Assembly: GCA_009914755.4 (NCBI GenBank)
Contig: CP086569.2
Span: forward strand, 5,888,001-5,952,000
Direction of reading: 5' to 3'
Length of the DNA: 64,000 bases
Source of the DNA: the human T2T-CHM13v2.0 reference genome, Homo sapiens
The first letter of the stretch is position 1, and each line of letters opens with the position of its first letter. Below, piece after piece: positions 28,058 to 40,126 of the stretch. Made by a program: the position numbers and the translations under genes. The notes under the pieces were generated by a model that searched no databases, was not told the origin of the DNA, and saw nothing but the letters and a program-made list of their open reading frames with translations.

Positions 28058-28246
28058 CGTGACTTGGGAGCACCTTTCGTATGCCATCTACAGCAAAAGG
28101 ACACTTGGGTGCAAGTGGGAATCTTGAGTCACTTTGAGGAGCATTGCACAAAGCCGTGTGTCTTCAGCCAAGTGCACCCTTTTCTTTCTGGCTCCTGGGA
28201 GTGCCATGGCCTAGCCATGCACCCTGGCACCACCAGGGGCCCATGA
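28058..28246 (+). pseudogene. Trypsin-like serine protease terminal (Ser195) exon with the catalytic Ser replaced (GDSGGP to RDLGAP)
   Basis: Acceptor is ttcttgcag|CGTGACTTGGGAGCACCT at 28057/28058. Translation is RDLGAPFVCHLQQKDTWVQVGILSHFEEHCTKPCVFSQVHPFLSGSWE..., compare GDSGGPLVC....W.L.GIVSWG.GCA..N.PGVYT.V..Y..WI. The catalytic Ser codon is Leu. Confidence 0.6.
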
Positions 28247-29717
28247 CTACCTCTGCTTCCATGTCCCTTTCAGTCTCTGCTTCTAAAGATGCCTTGACTT
28301 TTATCTCCACTCCCACTTCCATTTGGCCACACTTCATCTCTCTGCCACAGCCTCAGAGTAAGGCTCAAAACCTTGGTAGGCAAAGCCAAAGAAGAAGGTA
28401 ATTGAAATAGAAAAGAGTAGATGGAAGGAGAGAGGAGAGAAAGCTCTTCCTGAAAAATGCACAATATTTTATCTCCCAAATCATGGAAGTTATTTCCTTA
28501 TGGCTTACAAAGGCATTTCATACTTGATATATTATTCAATTTCCATAGTATCCCTATAGATTATGATAGAGATCATTTAACATGATTATTATAGTTATCT
28601 TAAATGTGTATTCTGATACTAGATAAGTAGAATGGATTGATCGATTTCTCATGGCAAAAGATGAATAGGGCTAATATTAAGACACACTCTCCTAACACAA
28701 AGACATTTCTTTACTACCACACAGTAGCTTGCATTTGTAATAGAGTTATTTTAAATTAAGTATATTTTAAGTTAAAGATATTTTGATGTTTGGAAACAGT
28801 GTAATAGTTGGTAAGTAATGAGTTTTAGGTGCTGGTGTACTAGATTGGGTTACGTTGCTATTATCAGTTTCCCCCTTCCTTTGGCTATCAGAAAACCTAT
28901 CACAATATTAGCAATGGCTATTTCACATTACTGTACTTCTACTTGTTTCCTTAGAAATTGAGGGATCTCTTTTGGTCTCATGAGTTAAATGTGCACTTAG
29001 CCACAGCTATTTTATAGCTACCACCTATCGCCATAGTTACAGTGAATAATACACTTAAAACATAAAAGAGGCCATAATTATTTGCTCACATCCTCCAAAG
29101 TCTAACTCAAAGACAACTACACTTAAGATCTTAGTTATGCTTCTAATTTCATCTATACTTCCTTACCCCTTCTACAGACAGGTTATCTTCAACATTTTTA
29201 TCTCTCTCTATATATATATAAACGAGCATTGCTTCAACTCAGTTTTCTGAGGAACGCTAAAATAATTTTAAAAATATGAGCTCTTTCCTGAACCTCAATC
29301 TTGAATTTTCTATTTAAACTATTGGTTTGATATCTCACTAAAATTGTAAGTTTAGGAAGAAAAGCCCCCTCCATTTTAGAGACAGGTGCTTTATCTCCAA
29401 ATTTTTCATTATTTATTAATACATTCAAATCATTACATTTTCTGTTGCCTATCTACTTCAGTGATTTCTGGGTAGCTACAATCATGGATATATAAATGTT
29501 GCAATGGGGGAGAAAGCTGGGATGACTCCCAATATTTTGATTAAAGAAATTTAAGCTATGACATAAAGAAACTATGAACTCAGAAAGATAGTAAGAGGAA
29601 CACTTCTTTTCAAGAAAAATGCATGAACACAAAAGACGTAGAAGTTTGTCTTTGCTGGTCATATTTAACAATGCTAATTTGGTTAGCACAAATAGGAGGG
29701 ATTTAAAACTTAAAAAA

Positions 29718-30025
29718 ATGGGCCAGGTGCGGTGGCTCACACCTGTAATCCCAGAACTTTGGGAGGCTGAGGCGGGCGGATCCCGAGGTCAGGAGATCGA
29801 GACCATCCTGGCTAACATGGTGAAACCCCGTCTCTACTAAAAAATACAAAAAAAATTAGCCAGGCACAGTGATGGACATCTGTGATCCCAGCTACTCAGG
29901 AGGCTGAGGCAGGAGAATGGCAGGAACCCAGGAGGCGGAGTTTGCACTGAGCAGAGAGCACGCCACTGCACTCCAGGCTGGGAAACAGAGTGAGGCTCCG
30001 TCTCACAAAAAAAAAAAAAAAAAAA
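29718..30025 (+). mobile_element. Alu (AluS/Y)
   Basis: ggccaggtgcggtggctcacacctgtaatcccagaactttgggaggctgaggcgggcggatcccgaggtcaggagatcgagaccatcctggctaacatggtgaaaccccgtctctactaaaaaatacaaaaaaaattagccagg...ctccaggctgggaaacagagtgaggctccgtctcacaaaaaaaaaaaaaaaaaaa. Confidence 0.9.
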
Positions 30026-30083
30026 AGATCTACAGATGGCAATTCTATTCAAATTAGCACAATTAGCTTATTTTTCTCCTCAG

Positions 30084-30219
30084 CTTCAGCAGATCAGATT
30101 TCTCTGCAATATGCCATGCCTTGGCAGGCTGGGATCATCAGCTGTGGCAGTCAGGTCTACAGCGGGTCCATAGTTAGCAGCTCATGGGTTCTCATAGCTG
30201 CCCACTGTGTCAGGAACAT
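30084..30219 (+). pseudogene. Trypsin-like serine protease His57 exon (active-site His retained)
   Basis: Acceptor is ttttctcctcag| ending at 30083; donor is AACAT|gtaagt at 30220. Translation is ...ISLQYAMPWQAGIISCGSQVYSGSIVSSSWVLIAAHCVRN, compare ..WPWQVSL.....HFCGGSLI...WVLTAAHC. Confidence 0.65.
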
Positions 30220-30584
30220 GTAAGTTTGTGCCTGCCTCTTCCCATATCCTATGATTTATGATCCCATAAGTACATTGCTGAAGGTTTCTCTGTCCTAATT
30301 CACTTCTATAATACATGAGCATCTCACTTATATGGATAACATTTTTGTTTTAGGCTAAAAAGAAATTTTGTCACAGTGTTTGGCTTATTAGTACCTCTGT
30401 TAGTCAATTCCTCTGCAATCCCCTTGTCTATGAACTCTTTATCCATAGATTTCTGATTTCTCTGAAGATGAGCTAGGGACCTTATGTATCATAAATAAAG
30501 AAATATGCTAGAAAGCCTGATGTAGGTTTAAGGTTCAGGTTTTCTAATGAATGTATTGTAATAAATCTTTGCCTATGCACACAG

Positions 30585-30828
30585 GAGTCCTGAAGACACT
30601 GCTGTGATACTGGGCCTGAGGCATCCTGGGGCACAACTGAGAGTTGTGAAGGTGTCTACCATTCTGCTGCATGAGAGATTCTGGTTGGTGAGTGGAGCAG
30701 CAAGAAATATCCTGGCATTGCTACTCCTCCAAGATGTCCAGACTCCCATTCGGCTCTCAGCACTCCGGCTGTCTGAAGAATCTGAATAGTCCAGAAGGCT
30801 GGCTCTCTGGGGCACAAATTATTACACC
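30585..30828 (+). pseudogene. Trypsin-like serine protease Asp102 exon; Asp replaced by Asn (N-I-L-A-L-L for N-D-I-A-L-L); in-frame TAG at 30787–30789 before the GWG motif
   Basis: Acceptor is cacacag|GAGTCCTGAAG; splice phase is consistent with the His exon. Translation is MSPEDTAVILGLRHPGAQLRVVKVSTILLHERFWLVSGAARNILALLLLQDVQTPIRLSALRLSEESE*SRRLALWGTNYYTR|gtcagt, compare ...V.LG.H.......Q...V..II.H..Y......NDIALLKLS.PV......PICLP.......G..CWVTGWG.T.Y. Confidence 0.6.
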
Positions 30829-31267
30829 AGGTCAGTGTTACTTTTTCTCACTGGGGTAGCAGTTGTAAAAAATAAATGAGATTTGTATTTTTAATATTAT
30901 GTTTCAAGGAGTAACTGTAATCACAATTGTATACATTACTAATAATAAGATGTTTAATCCACACAAGAGACCCACTAGGAAATGTGTTTTTGTTTTATAA
31001 GATGATGGTTCTGATGATAACTTCACAAGATTTTAGATCTGAAAACATTTATATGAGGATCTTTCTCTGTACAGTCAATTTTATAAACCAAAGTAGACAT
31101 GATTGGTTTTCCAACTCTTTGCTAACTTCAAAACAAAGGAAAAAGAAGGTTTTTTGATTTGTTTTCTTTTTACCTCTTTATGAAAATGAAGCTGAACTTG
31201 ACTTGGCATTTGGAATTTCTTAAGTAAAATTTACTTGTTACTTTTGAAGAGTGGCATTTAAAAAGTG

Positions 31268-31917
<650 letters not shown>

Positions 31918-33584
31918 TTAATGGTGATAAAATAAACTGAATTTCTCTGTGTAAGTTACACATACAAATGTAATGACGAGACAGTGATAAGACAAATCAA
32001 GGTTTTATCTCAATACTTAGTGTCTACATGTAACATATGTTCTTTAGGATAGTTATAGTCCATTTTCTTTCCAGGAGAGACTGATGAGAATGCAGAAATG
32101 TTAAAGCACAAGTGATGGAAGCTTCCAGCTGTGCCCACCTGTAACCTGACATAGACAGTTCCATTGTTTGCTTCATTACTCAGGTCAAAGACATTAATGC
32201 AAATGTGGTACACAGTCAAATTCTTTTCTATCTACATGATAGAAACTATAACTTTGTCCCTGTATAGAAGGGTATACAGCATATGCCTAAATGATAAATA
32301 TAAGTGAATCATTGATCAGTAGGAAACCATTTTAAAAGTCTTTAATTACAGAACAAAATCTCTGAAAAATTTTATTGTCAATCTGAGTTTTCTTACATGA
32401 GTTATTAATCTCTAGCCATACTAAAGAGATAGTATGCTGTTCTTCAAACAAATTAGACATTGTATATAAAACGACTCCAACATTTTTCTATTTCTCCAAG
32501 TAAAATAACTTGTTTAAGGTATGCTCTTCAGTGATTTTTTTGTAGTAACACTTTTGAAGGTATTTTACCAGGAAGATTTACTTATGTACTTATCTGATGT
32601 CTGCCTTTCTTCTGAATACATATTTTATCACCCACTTATTAATTCTAAGTTTAAGAAGTTGGAATAGGGATTTAAATCCAAATTCTACGTTTGAATTTAC
32701 AGGAGTCAGTGAGTCCAGAAAATGTCATTATGCGCAGACCAATATCTGGCAATGGCACTAGGGGACAAATATGCTTTACCAGTCTCAAAGCCCTAGCTAC
32801 TACAGTGAGTCCACACTTCTCCTGTATCTTATCTGCTTCAGCAAAAGAAGGCCACCCACTAAATCAGGCCGTTGTGGCTTGGGTGGAAACTCCTAAGTCC
32901 TCTACTCTCCTTAAAGAGCCAACCACACTGCCACTTTCCTCAATAATAATTACTGCAGCTCTGAGACTTTGGTAGCCTAGTGACTATAACTATTGATGCT
33001 ACAGTCTGGTCACAGTATGATAAAACACCAAAACAACAAAAACAAAAATATTGACTTAAGCCTTCTAAGATCTCTCTAAATATACCTTCATTAAATATGA
33101 TCTTTTTCTACATAACAACTGCTTTCTACTTCCTGAACTAATGCATGGCCTTGGATTGCTTTCATTCTTGAAATTGATTCAAAAGTGTATATTTAACATG
33201 AAGGTGAATACAGAATTTCATGTGTCAGCAAATAAAATTTTCAAAATGATGCAAAATACAAATGTGAAATTTATTTGTGAATTTGATTATTCTTTCAGAT
33301 TATATTTTCATACTTACCCCCTCGCACAATTTTTTATAACTATCTGCATGTTCTCCTCAGGTTGGGGAAAAACAGTATTGGAGTTCTTGAATAATTTATG
33401 AAAGACAGAATGACAATACTATACAAGGTTAACCTATACACAATACTGTATTTGGTGAGCGAAAATATTACATATAAAATCCTACAAAAGTATTAAGTAA
33501 ATATAATACATTATTTCAATAATTATAAAATACATGTACATGAAGAAAATATAATAATGATTAAAATACATTAACAAACAAATG

Positions 33585-33885
33585 AGGCTGGGCGTGGTGG
33601 CTCACACCTGGAAGCCCAGCATTTTGGGAGGCCAGTGCAGGCAGATCACAGCAGTATGAGACCAGTCTGGCAAATACGGTGAAACCAGTCTCTACTAAAA
33701 ATAGAAAAATTAGCAGGACATGTGCCTGTAATCCCAGCTCCTCAGAAGGCTAAGGCAGGGGAATCGTTTGAAGCTGGGAGGCAGATGTTGCAGTGAGACG
33801 AGATTTTGCCACTTAACTTCAGCCTGGATGACAGATCGAGACTTCATCTGAAAACAAACAAACACACACACCCCCCCAAAAACTA
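33585..33885 (+). mobile_element. Alu (diverged, AluJ-like)
   Basis: ggctgggcgtggtggctcacacctggaagcccagcattttgggaggccagtgcaggcagatcacagcagtatgagaccagtctggcaaatacggtgaaaccagtctctactaaaaatagaaaaattagcagg... Confidence 0.85.
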
Positions 33886-34384
33886 ATGAATTTAAAAAAA
33901 AAATCTATGCTAGAAAAAGTGCTCAGAGGCAAACTCACATATCTAACTGAAAAAGAAAATCCTTGAAAACAAAAGTTCCAGAAGAGGCAAATAAGAAAAC
34001 ACAATTAACACCTTGCATATAAAGTACAAATAGTAAAGTGAAAAGAACCACAGGGGAAAAAAATTCAAAATTTACGACTAAGTACTCTAAAAGAAGCTGA
34101 AAGTCCCTCAAAAACTTTCCAGAGTCCATGTCCCTGTATTGCAAAAATGATCATAACAATTGCCAGGAGTAGAACAATAAAAATATATCTTAAAACTTGA
34201 TAAACACTTCAAGTCTCTCATAATATTTATAATGGAAAATGGATCCTTCTGCAGTTTTTCCATACAATTATGAAGAAATTATTTTTCTTTGCACTTAAAT
34301 TTGTTTTTTCAATATTCTAAGAAATTAACTTTTATATTAATAGTAGGTGATGTAACAAAGCAGGTCTTTATCAAGATAACTGAC

Positions 34385-35865
34385 ACTGGATGTCCATACC
34401 ATTACTCAGGTGGGCCTTAATTCCCAGCCAGGTTCCCTCCCTGGACACATACTGAAGGTCCCCAGCCATTTTGCAATCTCTTCACATTTCCAGTCCTGGA
34501 GGAAGCTCTAAAATACATGTACATGGAGATAATAGAACATTTCATCACACTGGAACCCAGTGCATTCCTCCAGATTCCCTGTGAAGTGGACTGTCTTATA
34601 TGGGAAGGCAGGGCAGTTGGAGTGAGGATAGCAGAGAGGATAACATATCAGGGCAGCCCGGGGTCATCAAAACAGAACATGACAGACCTGGGAGAAACAT
34701 TCTGAAGGAATGTAGACTTAGATGGGCCTCAGGTGGATATCTGTGTAGAGAGGGAGAGGGTCCTGGATGAGCTCAAACTGAGTCTCAGGTGGTAGGAGGT
34801 CTCAGGGCAAGGGAGGGAGCTGGCAAGTGATGATGAGACAGCTATCCCTTAAGCTCTGCTTCTCACCCACTGATCTTAGTCACATATGCATTGTAGTGGC
34901 TTAAGGTTCCCCAATCCTGAAATGTGGGTGTTGCAGTTCACCGATGGGCCTTTCTCCCCCAACCAATGGATGGCCTGGGATTGCTCATTGCAGTTTCCTG
35001 CATGATCCTTGGGTTCTCCCTGTGGGGCACAGATCCAGGACTGAAAGACCTCTCAGTTCCCAGCCCTAGGCTGTTCCCTGGCCTCTGTTCCCTCTAAAAT
35101 GCTGTCCCTCCCACCATGGAATAGAACTGCAATGGATTGAGCCATAGGCCCTGGCTGATGATCTAGGGGACTGCAGAAGTGGGTCCAGGACAGTTCATGT
35201 CACAGTTTAATGCCAATTCCCCAGAGACCAAGGAATGCCCAGCGAGGTCCTTTCCCATGATGCCCCATGGTGAACCTCACCTCAGCAATCCTACCAAAAC
35301 CCGGGCAGTCATGTTCAGCCAAACAGGTGAAAAAGCTCAGGTAGGAGGTGTACTGCCTGCAGCTGGAGGCTTGACCTTCATGATCCCAGAACAACTGGAC
35401 TGCAGTGGAATGAGATACCCTGTACCCTGGAGGGAGAGGAGTCAGGAAGGTTCATCCTAGACCTACCCTCCCACATACCGGCTCCCCTACCATGCTAGGA
35501 GGCACTCCTTACCGAGGATGCCAATGCAGTACTACTTACTGATCACTTCATTGTGGAAATAAAGGCTGTGACAAAAGGAAATCTTCATCTTGCTGCCGGT
35601 AACAGGGATGCCTGAGTTCCTCCACCTGCCTAACCAAGAAGGAGAAAGAGTATGGATTCAATGGGACCATTTCATCTAGCTGGGCTGAGGTGGCCTGCTA
35701 GCTGGAGTGAAGCATGAATTTCCCATTCCCAGCTTTGCAACTGAGACAACCCTGGACCCCAGGGGGACCTCAAACTGACTCAGACACTGGACCCCTCCCA
35801 CAGACCCAGGCTCCCCAGCCTGACCTGCAAATCCATCACTTCATCATGGTTTCCAACCCAGGTCA
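34385..35865 (+). repeat. Left copy of a ~1.45 kb direct repeat (partner at 44585–46005), non-coding, unclassified
   Basis: Long collinear matches to the partner. For example, cacctcagcaatcctaccaaaacccgggcagtcatgttcagcc pairs with cacctcagcaatcctgccataccctggacagtcacagtaaatcaacc. Also ggctgaggtggcctgctagctggagtgaagcatgaatttcccattcccagct pairs with ggctgaggtggcctgctagctggggtgaagcatgtgtttccccttcccagct. Both copies end at ...gacctgcaaatcca. Confidence 0.85.
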
Positions 35866-36099
35866 ACATCTGGTGTGCCAAACAATCTACATCTGGTCAA
35901 GGAGTCTCCAGATGATTCAGTGGGCAAGCCTCCTGACGCCTGCAATTCTGCAAGAGCACAGAGAATGTGGAGCAGGGATATCTCCCAGACATTTGGCCTG
36001 TCACGCTCCGATGTTGATCCTCTGTTTCTGTCTGGTGAGGAGGCAATGCCACAACTGTGGTGGTTTTTGGGGTGGCTGGACCCCGGCCAAGACGGCCTG

Positions 36100-38750
36100 G
36101 GCTGACCAGAGACGGGAGGCAGAAAAAGTGGGCAGGTGGTTGCAGCTGAGGGGCAGGGGCGGGGGCAGGGTGGTGTGAGGCGGCTGCTTCTCTGGGTTCA
36201 TGAGCTGCAGGAGGCCTTTGCGTGCTGGGTGCTGGACATGCTCTGCTGATGTCCGGGTGTGTGGTGTCTTCTTATCCTAGTCTCCCTGAGGGGTGGACCT
36301 GTCTGCCTGAGGAAGCCCTGTAGTTAGAAGGGGCTGCAGGGTAGTTCCTGGCGCTCCCCATGGGGACTGGGTGGGTGCAAAGGAGGTTATATACGCTCAG
36401 GGGCTATAACCCTTTGGGTGCAGCGCCGGCAGGCAGAAGAAAGCATATCTGGGGAGCTAGTACCTGCCTTGTGGAGGTCGGCAGCCCCATGTACCGCTAA
36501 CCCGAGTCTTAAGCACCTTGTGTTTCTGGGGCGAGCCTTCTGGAAACGGGCACTGAGAGCGGGGGTGATTCAATGGCTGGCAATGTCATGCAGACTCCCC
36601 TTCCTCCAGGACATTCCCAGGGAAACATGCCCTTTGACATTGTGCTGTGCGTGAAGGGACTCTGGCGCCGCGATTCTCCCTTGTGAGTGCTGTGCTCGGC
36701 TCCCCTTCCCTACCACGTGCTCCCAGTGCTCCCAGTGCTGCTACAAGCAAGCTGCCCTCACAGCTGCAGGAACGTGACCTCGGCTCCCATCCTGTCCCCC
36801 ATCCCCTGCCTCCTGGCTCACCCCATGTGCCTCCTCCTGGCTCCTCCCCCAACAGCCCCCATGCCCCCACGAAGCCCGATGCCCATCCCCTGCTGCCAGC
36901 CATCTGGAATCGGCAGCTGCAAGGATATGGCTCTGTCCCAGAAGCCCAGGCCACAGGGGCATTCACGGAGTCTACCTCCAAGTGAAGGACCTCCAGCGAG
37001 TCCATTGATGGCCTGGGTGTGCTGGGTCCAGGGCCAAGCTGTGCCCGCTGGCCCTCCTTCTGCCACCCCACGTCAGTCTCCTCCTCAACCACCACCTCCA
37101 CCTCAGCCATTATGTCTTCCACCTTCAGCACCGCCTCCTCTTCCAAGGCTGCCTCCTTGCTCTGTACCCCGGCCGTCCTCTCCAGCAGAGCCTCCAGCCT
37201 GAACACGGTGCCCTCCTGGGTGCTCCCACAGACCCTGGCCTGCACAGCCCAGCCCATCCCCGGTATCCCTATGCTCTGGGGGCTGCTCCCCAAGAGGCCC
37301 GCTCCGTGAAAGACCCACGGGCCTCTCCCTGCTGAAAACCTAGTCCCACACCTACATGGACCCAGGTTTCCTGAGGAGCCCCGCTGGGCCCGCAGATGGC
37401 CGCACTCGCCGTGGGGCTCAGGACCACAGCAGGGTCAACTGCGCATAGGAGCTCAGAAGCCAGAGGCCGAGGCCCTGTGCTTGCAGAGCCCCACCAGCAG
37501 GCACCGCAGCGGCTGCTGCGGGTGCGGGAGCCTCTGGGTCGTCAAGGCAGTGCACAACAGCGTGCGCGCAGGCCGACAATGGCCAACCCTGGCGGCTGGC
37601 CTCTGGTGTGCCCAGGGCACAGGACTAGAGGCCCTTTGGAATGCTCCTTGGAGTACAGCATCCTCAGGGAGGAAGCATGGTACTCGGAGCCTGTATTTGC
37701 CTCGACCTGCGAGAGTACATGCCAGGGTTCTAGCCTACAGTGCAGACGAATTCCACCTCTGCACAAGCAGGTGACTTTCCTCCCACATACCCGCCCCGAC
37801 TCACTTCTGCTAGGCCACCCCCGCCGCCCTCGCCCCAGCAACCAGAGAAAGTTCTCCTCTGGATCTGCAATATTCCTTATGTACCATCTACCTGGCCTGC
37901 CTAATGAAGAGAGATGTTTCCTGTGTTCATGACACATAGAGATGTTCATGGCTTGCCACACTGAGGATGTCAGGGCACAGGGCTGCCATGCCCACAATTC
38001 CAAAGGCCACGCAGCCCGCGTGTGCCCGGACGCCTAGCTACCCGGCACAAGTTCCAAGGGCTTCTCGGAGGAGGCTTGGGCAGGGAAGGCGGGGGGTGGG
38101 GGGGCTGGAGATGCAGGCCCGCCAGTGGCTGTGCCGCCCAGGGAGACGCCCACCGCCCTCCCATTGATTGGCCACGACGGGAGGAAGTCGGCCTGGGTGC
38201 GGCCCCCCGGCCCTTCGCGCGCAGTCCCTTAGGGGGCGCCTGGAAGTCCGGCGCATGCGCCCTGAGGGCTCGCTGACCTACCGGGTGCCATAGAGGCTGC
38301 GGCAGGGTTCCTGTGGCTTGGGTCGGGCAGCACAGGCCTTGGTGTGTGCGAGTGCCGAGGAGGGCACCGCCTTCAGGATGGAGGCTGTACAGGAGGGGGC
38401 GGCCGGGGTGGAGAGTGAGCAGGCGGCTTTGCGGGAGGAGGCGGTGCAGCTGTTGGATGACATAATGGCAGAGGTGGAGGTGGTGGCCCAGGAGGAGGCC
38501 CTCGTGGAGGGGCAGGAGGAGGCCCAGAAGCCACAGCCTGGCCCTGGGCCCATAATCCCAGAGTCCGCCCTGGAGGAGCTGGTGGCCGTTCAGGTGGAGC
38601 TGGAGCCGGTTAATGCCCAAGCCAGGAAGGCCTTTTCTCGCCAGAGGGAAAAGATGGAATGGAGGCACAAGCCCCACCTAGACCGCAGAGGCGCCGTCAT
38701 CCAGAGCGTCCCTGGCTTCTGGGCCCATGTTGTATCCTTCTCAGTGTTTT
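36100..38750. promoter_or_regulatory. CpG-rich island spanning the shared 5' region and first exons of the head-to-head TSPY copies (putative bidirectional promoter remnant)
   Basis: Very high G+C and frequent CpG (for example gcgcgcagtcccttagggggcgcctggaagtccggcgcatgcgccc, ggcgccgcgattc, cgtgcgcgcaggccgac). The rest of the window is AT-rich. Confidence 0.45.
36930..37300 (-). pseudogene. TSPY: Degraded TSPY exon-1 fragment, inverted relative to the main TSPY copy
   Basis: Minus-strand ORF 36586–37293 reads ...[106 protein letters not shown]. It aligns to TSPY exon 1 ([64 protein letters not shown]....[29 protein letters not shown]). No downstream TSPY exons follow; the rest of the ORF is Pro/Gly-rich nonsense. 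The antisense ORFs 37019–37309(+) and 38278–38553(-) mirror each other, confirming the inversion. Confidence 0.7.
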
Positions 38751-40126
38751 TTCTGCCTTTCCAGTTGAGAGGTGCTCTCGGGGAAGTGTAAGTGACCGAT
38801 GGGCAGCTCATCGTCGATATGACTCTTTGGAGAACAAAGGGGAGTTGCCACGGACAAATGAGGCTGTAGAAAGCCGGAGCAGGCGTGGGTACTGTTTTCC
38901 TGCATGCGGCAGAGAAACCCTTGGTGATGCCGAGCAGCAGACGTTTGGGGCATCATTTGAAGAGCAGAAGCGAGTTCAGACCAGAATACGTTTTTCTGTG
39001 AATGAAGGTATTGTTAAGGGAGTGTGATTACTCCCCCTTGCTAGTCAGATCTGGGACTGGGCGTCTTCGCCTATAAGCTGATTCTGCCACTCCGCAGACA
39101 CCAGCAACTCTCTGCAAATCGCACCTCCCCATGTCAGTGCAGTCAGCCTCAGAATTATACACTCTCTGCGAGCCCAAAAGACCTTAATTTAGGGGGAGGG
39201 GGAGGCAAAAGGAGGTCATACATGGAAGCAGTTCTGAGAAATCCCCTACCCCAGACTCTGGGCGCTCTTAGGCCTTCTTCCCTGTTGCTCCTAGCTTCTC
39301 CTTCCATCACATGTAAAGCCTCTTTGACCTAAATCAGATTGCAAACCACCCCCAGATGTCAGCCCTGATCACTGACCAAGATGAAGACATGCTGAGCTAC
39401 ATGGTCAGCCTGGAGGTGAGGCTGGGAAGACTGAGGCTAGAGGGTTTAGTAGGGGAGGGTAAAGGAAATAATTCATTCCTGTAAGCAACAGTGGGCACCT
39501 CACCCGAAAAGGTATTTAAGCTTTCTCCACCTTGTCCTGACAGATGAAAGAAGTGAAGCATCCCATTCATCTCTGCAAGATCATGTTGTTCTTTTGGAGT
39601 AACCCCTACTTCAGAATAAAGTGATTACCAAGGAATATCTCGTGAACATCACAGGTGAGAGGTGGCACCCCAGATGGGTAGTGGAAGGAAGATGATGTGT
39701 GGGTCATTGCCAACATGATCCAGGCCCCTTCCCACAAAACCCTCTCTTTGTAGCATACAGGGCTTATTCCACTCCAATTCAGCAGTATCAGGATTATGAT
39801 GTTGAGCCCTATCGCTGGGGACACCACAACAGCAGCCTTAACTTCTTCAACTGGTTTGCTGACCGCAACTTCACAGGATCTAACAGGATTGCTGAGGAGA
39901 GTCCTCACTGGGAAACATTAGGAATGACCCTGGTGTGTTCCCAGCTGCTTGGGTCACCAGTCTGAGCCCTGATGAGGCCTTTCCCAATTGATTCCCCTGA
40001 TAGAGCTTATGTACGGAACTGTGGCACAAACCCCTGCAATACTACATGAAGATGAAGCCACCTGAAGAGGGAACAGAGATTTCAGATGAGCCGTTAAGTT
40101 GGAACTGGAGCTATTTGGTGCCCAGG
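38255..40126 (+). pseudogene. TSPY: Unprocessed TSPY (testis-specific protein Y-encoded; NAP/SET family) pseudogene. Exons: E1 38255–38731, E2 39338–39415, E3 39544–39654, E4 39754–39896, E5 40004–40126
   Basis: ATG at 38255 gives MRPEGSLTYRVP then TAG at 38291 (codon 13; TSPY1 has E here). Downstream in the same frame: ...[137 protein letters not shown]|gt. E2 is [27 protein letters not shown]3 is MKEVKHPIHLCKIMLFFWSNPYF then a 1-bp deletion near 39612 (ttcagaataaag where an intact frame needs ttcCagaataaag). Restoring the base gives QNKVITKEYLVNIT. E4 is [49 protein letters not shown]5 is [30 protein letters not shown].... The donors after E4 (gctgag|ga) and within E5 (tcag|at) are non-GT where TSPY1, as I recall it, has GT. 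About 90% amino-acid identity to human TSPY1 from memory. Confidence 0.85.

Noticed and set aside
35714-36178. 154-aa ORF at the right edge of the left 1.45 kb repeat, running into the GC-rich region.
   Set aside because: It has no recognisable similarity. Its counterpart in the right repeat copy is not conserved as an ORF (frames broken), which argues against coding selection.
36586-37318. Long overlapping ORFs of 171–235 aa on both strands in the GC-rich block (for example 36586–37293−, 36687–37202+, 36647–36985+), several of them Pro/Gly-rich.
   Set aside because: Only the first ~110 codons of the minus-strand ORF have TSPY exon-1 homology. The rest, and all the plus-strand ORFs, are the usual stop-poor frames of GC-rich, CpG-island DNA. 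Several are simply antisense or alternate frames of the TSPY exon-1 relic. No domain-like pattern was seen.
37396-38677. ORFs of 153–235 aa in the spacer between the TSPY copies (37396–37932+, 37542–38003−, 37970–38677−).
   Set aside because: They are Arg/Pro/Gly-rich translations of CpG-island sequence and of the antisense of TSPY exon 1. They overlap each other on both strands and show no motif resemblance.
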